A stretch of DNA of 64,000 nucleotides from an uncultured archaeon. Lineage in GTDB: Archaea > Nanobdellota > Nanobdellia > Woesearchaeales > CAIVOO01. The notes under the pieces were generated by a model. The model saw only the letters and a list, made by a program, of their open reading frames with translations. It made no database searches and was not told where the DNA came from. Shown here in pieces: positions 19,367 to 28,118 of this stretch. The DNA is taken from assembly GCA_903904885.1 (NCBI GenBank), contig CAIVED010000044.1, positions 5,579 to 69,578 of the forward strand, written 5' to 3'. The translations under genes were made by a program, and so were the position numbers. Every line of letters begins with the position of its first letter. Position 1 is the first letter of the stretch.

Positions 19367-19540
19367 CCGTTTGCTGGTTCTTGCATTACTCTTGAAGTTT
19401 GTGCTGCTTCTTCTGCCTGAGTGCCATGCAAGAAATTAGTTATTAACTGCCGAAGGCGACTGAGGCAGTTTAAAGCAGGCCTGGCAATCAAGGCAGCAAT
19501 TGAAAGCAAGAAGCAAAGTTAAGGCCTGCCCAGAAAACGG
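19367..19540. repeat. Dispersed 174-bp two-arm palindromic element, copy 2 (most complete, opposite orientation)
   Basis: Termini CCGTTTGCTGG ... CCAGAAAACGG; homologous to copies 1 and 3. Confidence 0.88.
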
Positions 19541-19600
19541 CTTTTTAATATAAACCATTTTCAATAAAATTTATATACTCCCCCTAGCGTAGGTTGAGGC

Positions 19601-22600
19601 ATGGACTTCAAATCTATCGAAAAGAAATGGCAGAAGAGTTGGGCAGATGCCAAAGTGTTCAAGGCAAGGGAAGATCCGAAGAAAAAGAAGTATTACTGCC
19701 TTGAGATGTTTCCATACCCTTCTGCGTCTGGTTTGCACATGGGGCACGCTTTCAATTACACAATTGGGGATATTTATTCAAGGTTCAAGCGAATGAACGG
19801 CTTCAATGTCCTTTATCCTATGGGCTATGATTCTTTCGGGTTGCCTGCGGAAAATGCGGCAATCAAGGCAAACTCGCATCCAAGAAAATTCACAAATGAG
19901 GCAATAAAGAATTTCATAAGGCAGCAGAAGGAGCTTGGCCTTAGCTATGACTGGGACAGGATTCTTTCATCATGCGAGCCGGAATATTACAAATGGAATC
20001 AGTTTTTTTTCCTTAAATTCTGGGAAAAGGGGCTTGTTTACAGGAAGAAAGCCCCTGTCAACTGGTGCCCAAAATGCAACACAGTTCTTGCGAATGAGCA
20101 GGTTCACAACGGCAAATGCTGGAGGCATCCTGACACAGATGTTGAAATCAAGCAGCTGGAGCAGTGGCTGATCAAGACAACTGCCTATGCTGATGAATTG
20201 CTTGAGGATTTGGAAAAAATCCACTGGCCTGAAAGAATCAAGATAATGCAGAAGAACTGGATTGGAAAATCTCATGGCACAGAAATAAAATTCAAAATCA
20301 ACGGAGAAGATTGGCCAATCTTCACAACGCGCCCGGACACAATTTACGGAGTCACGTTCATGGTTGTTTCTGCACAGCATCTGAGATTGATGGAGCTGGT
20401 TACAAAGGAGCAGAAGAAGGAAGTTGAAGCTTTCCTTAAAAAAATCAAGTCAACAAGCGAGAAAGATATCGAGGAATTGGAAAAGGAAGGCGCTTTCACC
20501 GGCAGTTACGCAATCAACCCAGTAACAAACCAGAAAATCCCAGTCTATGCCGGCAATTTTGTTGTAGCAGAATACGGCGCAGGGATGGTAATGGCTGTCC
20601 CTTCCCACGACCAGAGGGATTTTGAGTTTGCAAAGAAGTACAAGATTCCAATGAAACAGGTTATTGCTCCTGTTTTTGTAACAACCGACGGAAAAGATGC
20701 TGTTAGGGAAGACAAGAAAACTGAAGAGCGAGATTCAATATTTGCCATTGTTAAACACTGGGAAGAAGATAAATATTTTTGTCTGGACTGGAAAAATTTC
20801 AAATGGAAGTCCTTTGTCATAGGGGGGGTTGATAAGGGGGAAAAGGCAGAAGATGCTGCGATTAGGGAAGTTAAGGAAGAAACAGGATATTATGACATTA
20901 AAAAAATTACTGAGATGGGATTTGAGAACCATGGCAACTATTACGCTGAGCATAAGGGCGTAAACAGGTATGCAAGATTTAGGAATTTTTTAGTTGAGTT
21001 AAAATCAGATAAGCGAGAAAAGTTAGAAGAAGAACATACGAAAAATCATGAGGGAATGTGGATAGACAAAGATAAAGTTGCCAATTTTATTAACTTGTCA
21101 AATAATAAGTATATTTGGGATAGTTATATTAAAGGAGAAAGAGCATTTACAGAAGAAGGTATTCTTGTAAATTCCGGCGAATTCAATGGGATGAGAAATA
21201 CTGATGCCATTGAAGATATAACAAAATTCCTTGAAAAAAAGAAACTAGGCAAAAAAGTTGTTCAGTACAAACTGAGAGACTGGCTTATTTCAAGGCAGAG
21301 ATACTGGGGAACTCCGATTCCTGCAATATACTGCGACAAATGCGGTGTTGTCCCTGTTCCTGAGAAAGATTTGCCTGTTATTCTGCCTGAAGATGTCCAA
21401 TTCGGTGAGGGAAATCCTCTTGCAACAAACAAGGAGTTTGTTAATGTAAAATGCCCTAAATGCGGTGGTCCTGCCAGAAGAGAAACTGATACCATGGACA
21501 CATTCATGGATTCTTCATGGTATTTCCTGAGATTCTGCGACAATTTGAACAACAAAGAGCCATTTTCAAAGGAAAGTGCAAAATACTGGATGCCAGTTGA
21601 CCAGTATATTGGAGGGGCGGAGCATGCATGCATGCATCTTATTTACGCAAGATTTTTTGTAAAGGCATTAAGGGACATGGGCTACTTCAAGTTTGATGAG
21701 CCGTTTACAAACCTATTCAATCAGGGAATGCTTCATGGCGAAGACGGGGCAGTAATGTCAAAATCACGGGGGAATACGGTTCTCCCCGAAACTGTCTCTG
21801 AAAAATATGGAATTGACACAGCAAGATTCTTCCTTGTTTCAATAGCTTCTCCTGACAAAGATTTGAACTGGAGCGATGCTGGAGTGGAAGGAAGCCTGAG
21901 GTTCATCAATAGGGTAATAAGTTATTATGAAACTGTTAAAGTTGGAAAATCAAGCAAGAGAATTGAAAGCAAGCTGAACAAAGCGATTAAGGAGATAACA
22001 AAAGAGATTGAGAATTTCAATTACAATATTGCGATAATCCACATCAGGCAGCTGTTTGAATCGTTTGAAGAAGAGGCCAGCAAGGATACTCTTGAAAAGT
22101 TTTTGAAGCTTATTCATCCCATTTGCCCACACATCACGGAGGAATTGTGGGAGAAACTGGGAAACAAGCCGTTTATTACAATCTCTTCATGGCCAAAGTA
22201 CGATGAAAGCAAGATTGACGAGAAAGCAGAGCAGGAAGAGGAAATAGGCAAGGAGATAGTTTATGACATAAAGAGAGTTCTCGAGTTTGCAAAGATAGAC
22301 AAGCCGAAGAAAGTCACATTGATAATATCAGACAAGTGGAAATATAAATTCTATGAGAAATTTAAATCCGAGTTTGAGAAAACAAGGGAATTCAAGCCGA
22401 TTATGGAGGCTTTGCTGAAGGATGCAGATTTGAAAGCCCACGGCCAGGACATCCAGAAGTGGATTCCTAATTTATTAAAGAATCCGGGCAGGATTCCTGT
22501 AATTATATTTGACCAGAAAACAGAGAAAGAGATATTTTCCAAATTAACCGCCCAGATAAAGAAAGAGTTGGGAGCTGATTCGGTTGAAGTCGTTCTTGCA

Positions 22601-22666
22601 GAAGATTCCAAAGAACCCAAGGCAAAGAATGCGATGCCAAGCAAGCCGGCGATTGTGGTACAATAA
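19601..22666 (+). CDS. leuS: Leucine--tRNA ligase, bacterial-type core with Nudix insertion
   Basis: MFPYPS..LHMGH, FTTRPDT, SRQRYWG, VMSKS; Nudix box GGVDKGEKAEDAAIREVKEETGY. Confidence 0.96.
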   Translation: MDFKSIEKKWQKSWADAKVFKAREDPKKKKYYCLEMFPYPSASGLHMGHAFNYTIGDIYSRFKRMNGFNVLYPMGYDSFGLPAENAAIKANSHPRKFTNEAIKNFIRQQKELGLSYDWDRILSSCEPEYYKWNQFFFLKFWEKGLVYRKKAPVNWCPKCNTVLANEQVHNGKCWRHPDTDVEIKQLEQWLIKTTAYADELLEDLEKIHWPERIKIMQKNWIGKSHGTEIKFKINGEDWPIFTTRPDTIYGVTFMVVSAQHLRLMELVTKEQKKEVEAFLKKIKSTSEKDIEELEKEGAFTGSYAINPVTNQKIPVYAGNFVVAEYGAGMVMAVPSHDQRDFEFAKKYKIPMKQVIAPVFVTTDGKDAVREDKKTEERDSIFAIVKHWEEDKYFCLDWKNFKWKSFVIGGVDKGEKAEDAAIREVKEETGYYDIKKITEMGFENHGNYYAEHKGVNRYARFRNFLVELKSDKREKLEEEHTKNHEGMWIDKDKVANFINLSNNKYIWDSYIKGERAFTEEGILVNSGEFNGMRNTDAIEDITKFLEKKKLGKKVVQYKLRDWLISRQRYWGTPIPAIYCDKCGVVPVPEKDLPVILPEDVQFGEGNPLATNKEFVNVKCPKCGGPARRETDTMDTFMDSSWYFLRFCDNLNNKEPFSKESAKYWMPVDQYIGGAEHACMHLIYARFFVKALRDMGYFKFDEPFTNLFNQGMLHGEDGAVMSKSRGNTVLPETVSEKYGIDTARFFLVSIASPDKDLNWSDAGVEGSLRFINRVISYYETVKVGKSSKRIESKLNKAIKEITKEIENFNYNIAIIHIRQLFESFEEEASKDTLEKFLKLIHPICPHITEELWEKLGNKPFITISSWPKYDESKIDEKAEQEEEIGKEIVYDIKRVLEFAKIDKPKKVTLIISDKWKYKFYEKFKSEFEKTREFKPIMEALLKDADLKAHGQDIQKWIPNLLKNPGRIPVIIFDQKTEKEIFSKLTAQIKKELGADSVEVVLAEDSKEPKAKNAMPSKPAIVVQ

Positions 22667-22690
22667 TTAAACTAATTTTCCAAAAAATTA

Positions 22691-23641
22691 TCAACTTTTT
22701 AATGTTATCTCTGTTGAATTGATGACAATGCTTCTATTCGCGGAGATATAAACCCTTATTTTCACATCTAAAATATGACTTCCTGCCAAAGAATCATTTT
22801 TATAACCATAAAAGTAGCCATGCCAGTTTCCTCTTACACCTTCACTAATACATTTTTGGGAGTCCTCTGTTTCCTGAGAAGTATAAAATCCATTTGGGCA
22901 GATGCCAATAGTCTGGCTTACCGGTGTTATGTTTGGATATTGTTCAAATTTTTCTTTAACTTCTGGCAGCGAATTAGCCATATTTATCATTTGAGACTCG
23001 TTTAGCTCATCTTCCAAACGTTTTATTGAATCATTGCACATAGGTACAAGATATCTATTGCCTCTAGTCTTTTCACATAGCTCACTGGTTGCCTGTAGGA
23101 ATGCGCTCATAAGTTTTTCATAACTATAACTGGTTACATTTCCCCCAGTATACACTTCTTTTCTTATCTGCTGCGCTTTAAACTGCATATAATTCCTGTA
23201 GCAAAGAGAAGCCAATTCTTCAGATTTCAAATCCCCGCACATATCAAAACCTTTTTCAAGGCTCGAATTTAAAGTGGATACTGCTTTTGGGAAAAGAACA
23301 GTGTCCTCAGCATATACAATATATTTCGCTGCAGAAAACGTGCCAATAATTATTATGCCCACAATTAATAACCAGACAATTTTGTTCTTTTTAAGGTCCA
23401 GTAAAATAACTGCCATATAAACTAGGGATAGGATAATCAGCAAAAAAGAAATGGTGTTTATTACCATATACTGTGCGGCAGTAAAATCAATTCTTAAAAC
23501 CGTGTACATTAAAACAAACGCATTATTATTTAACAAAAATGCATAATTATACCAAACTTTAGGGTACTCTAAGATTAGGCATAAAATGACCATGGCCGCA
23601 GAAATTATGATTTTCGGAACACTAAAGCTTTTCCAGGACAT
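22691..23641 (-). CDS. Orphan membrane protein with Cys-containing extracellular part
   Basis: Three N-terminal TMs; visibly AT-rich. Confidence 0.75.
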   Translation of the reverse strand: MSWKSFSVPKIIISAAMVILCLILEYPKVWYNYAFLLNNNAFVLMYTVLRIDFTAAQYMVINTISFLLIILSLVYMAVILLDLKKNKIVWLLIVGIIIIGTFSAAKYIVYAEDTVLFPKAVSTLNSSLEKGFDMCGDLKSEELASLCYRNYMQFKAQQIRKEVYTGGNVTSYSYEKLMSAFLQATSELCEKTRGNRYLVPMCNDSIKRLEDELNESQMINMANSLPEVKEKFEQYPNITPVSQTIGICPNGFYTSQETEDSQKCISEGVRGNWHGYFYGYKNDSLAGSHILDVKIRVYISANRSIVINSTEITLKS

Positions 23642-23666
23642 ATTCTCTTCAATTGCGAGTTTATAT

Positions 23667-24866
23667 TTAAACTTTTCTTATAACAAACACCTGATCATTC
23701 TTCCTGACTAGTTTATTTGTTTTTATTCCAACTATTTCCCCTTTTCTGGCAGAATTGATTTCTTTGCCATCTTTTTGCATGTTCTCAACCTTCTGCTCGA
23801 AGACTCCGGTTGTTTTGCCTATAATCATCATCCTGTCACCTTTTTTAATCTCTCCGGACTGCAGTAATATTGCTGCTGCGCTGTTTTTCCTGTAGTAATT
23901 CTCAACAATTCCAACAAAAACCTTCTGTTCCTTTGCATTGCTTCCGTAAATGTCTGTCCAGGCATCGTTTGTTGGAGTTCCAAGGAAGAAGCCTATTGAA
24001 AATTTTCGATTATACACAGTTTCCAGCTTTTCCATCAATTTTGTTACCAATTCTTTTGTGAATTTCTTCTTCTGAATTGCATCAAGAGCTTCCCTGTAAA
24101 CAGAAGTGACTGTTTTTACATATTCAGGAGCGCGGTTTCTGCCTTCAATCTTGAATCTGTCAATTTCGGCTTTGACTAACTTGTCCAGAATCGGCAATGC
24201 ACACAAATCTTTCGGTGACATTACAAAATTGTTTTTCAATTCAAGCTCGTGCCCTTCTTCTGCATCTTTGACAATGTAGCCTCTCCTGCAGGGCTGCAAA
24301 CAATCTCCCCTGTTTGCGCTCTTTCTGAATATGAATTGCGAGGTAAAGCACCTGCCGGATTCAGAAACGCACATTGCGCCATGGATAAATGTCTCAATTT
24401 CAAGTTTTGTTTTCTTTTTTATCTCTTGAATTTGCTTGAGAGAACATTCCCTTGCCAAATTTATGCTTTCAACACCAATTTTTTCAAAGAATTTTGCTGA
24501 TTCTGAATTTGAAATGCTCATCTGGGTTGAAATATGGACTGGAATCTTCTTTTTCAGTGCCAAATTTATTACAGAAAAATCCCAGGCAATGATTGCATCG
24601 GCTTTTGCTGTTTTGATTTTGTCAAGCAGAATATTAACTTTCTTCAGTTCATCCTCAAAAATTATTGTATTTACAGTAACATAAACCTCGACCTTGTTTT
24701 TGTGGCAGAAACCAACAATCTTCTTTAGCTCAGATTGCTTGAAATTCTTGGCATTGGCTCGCATATTAAATCCTTCAACTCCTAAATAAACAGCATCAGC
24801 ACCTGCCTCAACAGCAGCCCTTAAACTAGGCCAATCGCCGGCTGGTGAGAGAAGTTGTGGTTTCAT
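23667..24866 (-). CDS. Peptidase U32 family protein (TrhP/RlhA-like RNA hydroxylation)
   Basis: LLSPAG, GADAVYLG, HGAMC..SGRC, NRGDCLQPCR, KIEGR. Confidence 0.92.
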   Translation of the reverse strand: MKPQLLSPAGDWPSLRAAVEAGADAVYLGVEGFNMRANAKNFKQSELKKIVGFCHKNKVEVYVTVNTIIFEDELKKVNILLDKIKTAKADAIIAWDFSVINLALKKKIPVHISTQMSISNSESAKFFEKIGVESINLARECSLKQIQEIKKKTKLEIETFIHGAMCVSESGRCFTSQFIFRKSANRGDCLQPCRRGYIVKDAEEGHELELKNNFVMSPKDLCALPILDKLVKAEIDRFKIEGRNRAPEYVKTVTSVYREALDAIQKKKFTKELVTKLMEKLETVYNRKFSIGFFLGTPTNDAWTDIYGSNAKEQKVFVGIVENYYRKNSAAAILLQSGEIKKGDRMMIIGKTTGVFEQKVENMQKDGKEINSARKGEIVGIKTNKLVRKNDQVFVIRKV

Positions 24867-25549
24867 TTATTCCCCTTTTTATTTTTCTTGAACATAAAAT
24901 AAAAAAATACAACAACATAGGCGATTGCCAGGAATATGAGCGCCAGCTCCAGAATGGCGTTATTCTTGACAAACCCTTCCCCGAGATATGCCTGGAGATA
25001 GGTTAATGGAATCAGCCCTAACGCTGTTCCTAAAATAAGATGCTTCAGTCTTAGTTTGGTCAGCCCTGCAAGATAGCTGAAAACATCTGAGGAAGTGAAG
25101 GGATTGATTCTCAGCAAGAATATTGCATAGCCCCCGTATTTTTTTGAGAAATGGTCAAATTTTCTGAGCTTAGATCTCTCAACCCTTTTTTCAAAGGGCT
25201 TCCTTAGAAAGTTTCTTGCAATTTCAAATGCGATAATTGCCCCCGCAATGTTCCCAATCAGCGCGGCGGTGCCTCCCCAAAAAGTCCCGAACAGGATTCC
25301 TCCCGCAGCATACAGAACAACGCTCGGAATTGGGGCTACAACAACCTCAACTACAACAAGAATTGTAAAAATTAAGATGGCCATAAAGCCAAAAGAGTTG
25401 ACAAAGTCAATAATCTGGTTGGTGTCGCTCAGAATTGCGTAGACTGAACCGTTCCTCAGGTACATGAAAATCAGAAAAAATGCAATAAGCGCGAGGGCAA
25501 TGACCAGAAACTTGTTCTCTTTAAGCCAGCCAAATGCTTTATTTTTCAT
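24863..25549 (-). CDS. TVP38/TMEM64 (VTT/DedA) membrane protein
   Basis: APIP...GGILFG..WG, LLRINPF...SYLAG. Confidence 0.9.
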   Translation of the reverse strand: MKNKAFGWLKENKFLVIALALIAFFLIFMYLRNGSVYAILSDTNQIIDFVNSFGFMAILIFTILVVVEVVVAPIPSVVLYAAGGILFGTFWGGTAALIGNIAGAIIAFEIARNFLRKPFEKRVERSKLRKFDHFSKKYGGYAIFLLRINPFTSSDVFSYLAGLTKLRLKHLILGTALGLIPLTYLQAYLGEGFVKNNAILELALIFLAIAYVVVFFYFMFKKNKKGNK

Positions 25550-25647
25550 ATAATTCTCCTTCCAATAAGAAAATCTTCCGCTCCAGCCTCAACAGCAGCC
25601 CTCAAACTAGGCCAATCGCCGGCTGGTGAGAGAAGTTGCGGTTTCAT
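25546..25647 (-). pseudogene. Duplicated 5' fragment of the U32 gene forming a 33-codon mini-ORF
   Basis: MKPQLLSPAGDWPSLRAAVEAGAEDFLIGRRII; the first 23 aa are identical to the U32 N-terminus. Confidence 0.85.
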
Positions 25648-27804
25648 TTAACTCTCCTTCCCATCAGTTTTAACTTCCTTAGGGTATATAAATTTATAAT
25701 CTTCAGGGATTTGACTCACAAATGCTGATTCATTACCATTTTCCGACATTAAGAATAGCTTTTTTTTGGCACGTGTCATGGCAACATAAAACAGTCTTCT
25801 TTCTTCCTCTTCTTTGTCCTCCACAGGTATCTCCATAATTACTCTCTTTATTTCCTTGTCAGCGTAAATATTTGGAAAACCATACATGCCACTTTTTAGT
25901 CCTAATACAAAAACATATCTTGATTCTGTACCTTTAGACCAGTGGATAGTTCTTATAGGAATCTTGAAATCCATTTTTGCAAAAGTTTTTCTATACGGTA
26001 AAGTAATTCTTGAGCTTCTAGCAAGTATTAGAAAATCAGATTGCTTTAGATCTGGGTTTTCTGTCATTAACTTTCTAATTTTACGAACAACATATTCTGC
26101 AGCCTGGAAATCATTCTTTGCATTTATCTGCATTACCTTTGACCTATCTGGCTCATTCTCCTGGCTACATCTTATGTTTTTCTTATGAATCTTTTTACTC
26201 AAATGAATAAAATAACTTGAAGCATCAACAATGTTCTTAGTTGATCTATAGTTTATAGGTAAAACTATTTTTTCACAATTACTAAAATCTCTTTCAAAAT
26301 TGAGTATATAATCAACATCAGAACCTCTCCATCCATAAATGCTTTGCCAATCATCGCCAACAACAAAAAGAGAAGTATTATCATCAATTAACAACTTTAA
26401 TAATTCCACTTCTCCATAGCTAACATCTTGGTATTCATCAACTAAAAGATATTTTATCTTATTCTTATAATATTCTCTTCGGGAAGGATTGTTTTTTAAT
26501 AAATTTACTGCATCTTTAATTAAATCATTGAAGTCTTTTTTCCCGAAGTCTTTAGACTCAAGATATTCCTCATATTTTGCCATAACAGGAATCAAAACAT
26601 TGTAAAACCATACAACTTTTTCTTTTACTTCGCTCTTAAGTCTGATCTTTACATCATTAATTTCAAGCAATCTTGATTTAATTAGATTGATGATTTCTAT
26701 TAATTCTTCAATAAATTTTTCATATGCTTTTTTATACTCTTTTGGTAAATTGAACATATCCAGAAAATTTTCTTCTTTTAGTTTATTTTCATTTAAACCT
26801 TCAAATTCATTTCGTAGTCTGGTCTGAAGCTTTTGTAAATCAAACATTTCATTTTCTTCTATGGCGATAAGATTCTTATGATGTTTTTTGTATTGCTCTT
26901 CTTTGTCTTTACGTATTTTAAGATAATCTGCTTTGTTTATATCATTGAATTCTTGTGTTTGATCATTAATCCCCCAGTGTTCAAGGTAAATATCTTCATT
27001 TATTGTAAAGTCAGGTTTAAATGGAAAATCTGCCCAAGTCACTGGTTGTTCATATTTCCATCTAACACCCATGAACGTTAAAAAATTAGCAATATCTCTC
27101 TCAGATTTTGACCTTACTGGCACGCCTTCCTTAGTTAGATATCTTTTTTGTCCAAATGTGCTTTTCTCATTTATCTCAATTTTCTCTCTCCAGTTTTCAG
27201 AATCTAAAACTTTCTCTAGAGAATTATTTATAATGTAAAGATACATACTTTCCATAATCTCTTCATTCTCGCTAAAACTAGCAACTATCTTTTCAATTAT
27301 TTCCCTTTGTTTGTTATCATCTACAATATCAAATTGTTCGTTCTGTTTTAGGATTGACAAACAAAAAGAATGAAATGTCCTTACATTTTTTTTAAGATTT
27401 ACTTCTGAAATATTGATTGCCGGAGCAATACGCTCAGCCATCTCTTTTGCAGCCTCACGTGTGAAAGTAACTGCAAGTATATCATCTTTGCTTACCCCTT
27501 TATTTCTGACTAGATGTATGAATCGCTTGGTTAATACTTTAGTTTTGCCACTGCCTGCCCCAGCGAGAACTAAAATTCTTTTATGGTCAGAAATTACTGC
27601 ACGCTTTTGTTCAAAGTTGTCTCCAAAATCCTTTAAAAATTCGGAGTACTTCTCAATTTCCTCCGTTTCTTTTTCTATTTGACTTTTTAGTTTTGGCTTT
27701 GTAGAACTATTGTTGGGGGTTGTTTTAGGATGTGATTTGTTTATCTCTTTTTTCTTTTTTACTAAATCACTAAAAAATTTAACTACCTTCCTGAACTGAT
27801 CCAT
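25648..27804 (-). CDS. UvrD/helicase IV-like SF1 helicase with embedded PD-(D/E)xK-like domain
   Basis: AGAGSGKT, VDEYQD, VGDDWQSIY, YVAMTRA; insert RSKSE..IANFL..YE..PDF..YLEHWG; AT-rich. Confidence 0.9.
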   Translation of the reverse strand: MDQFRKVVKFFSDLVKKKKEINKSHPKTTPNNSSTKPKLKSQIEKETEEIEKYSEFLKDFGDNFEQKRAVISDHKRILVLAGAGSGKTKVLTKRFIHLVRNKGVSKDDILAVTFTREAAKEMAERIAPAINISEVNLKKNVRTFHSFCLSILKQNEQFDIVDDNKQREIIEKIVASFSENEEIMESMYLYIINNSLEKVLDSENWREKIEINEKSTFGQKRYLTKEGVPVRSKSERDIANFLTFMGVRWKYEQPVTWADFPFKPDFTINEDIYLEHWGINDQTQEFNDINKADYLKIRKDKEEQYKKHHKNLIAIEENEMFDLQKLQTRLRNEFEGLNENKLKEENFLDMFNLPKEYKKAYEKFIEELIEIINLIKSRLLEINDVKIRLKSEVKEKVVWFYNVLIPVMAKYEEYLESKDFGKKDFNDLIKDAVNLLKNNPSRREYYKNKIKYLLVDEYQDVSYGEVELLKLLIDDNTSLFVVGDDWQSIYGWRGSDVDYILNFERDFSNCEKIVLPINYRSTKNIVDASSYFIHLSKKIHKKNIRCSQENEPDRSKVMQINAKNDFQAAEYVVRKIRKLMTENPDLKQSDFLILARSSRITLPYRKTFAKMDFKIPIRTIHWSKGTESRYVFVLGLKSGMYGFPNIYADKEIKRVIMEIPVEDKEEEERRLFYVAMTRAKKKLFLMSENGNESAFVSQIPEDYKFIYPKEVKTDGKES

Positions 27805-27828
27805 TTATTTCCCTCCAAAATAATAAGC

Positions 27829-28095
27829 GGCGAGCCCTGCGAATCCGAATAAGCCGCAACTTAACAGTTACCTCCGGCTTTCCTCGATTCCGCGACCCTG
27901 CAAGCATTGCAAACTGCAGTTAAGGCTGCTGCATTCCTGCCCTGACCTGATTCCCACAACCGCAATCCTGCAGGACAGAATGTCACTGTACAGCCAAAGA
28001 CTGGTAAGCCGCAACCTACCCTCGTCCGCAGTATAGCTTCACTTAAAGCCCGTTAGTGATTACAGCGTAGGGCTGGCACGCCAGCATAGCCCGCC
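27829..28095 (-). ncRNA. ffs: Archaeal SRP (7S) RNA
   Basis: Terminal helix GGCGGGCT/GGCTCGCC, Alu-like CTGTAA, helix-8-like CAGGGCAGGAATGCAGCAGCC, TATA 23 nt upstream. Confidence 0.9.
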
Positions 28096-28118
28096 ATGGA
28101 GAAACCAGCGATAGTGGT

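Noticed and set aside
23640-25650. Duplicate of the SRP RNA 3' end marking the helicase as an att-bounded island
   Set aside because: No copy of GGCTCGCC-containing sequence was found downstream by eye.
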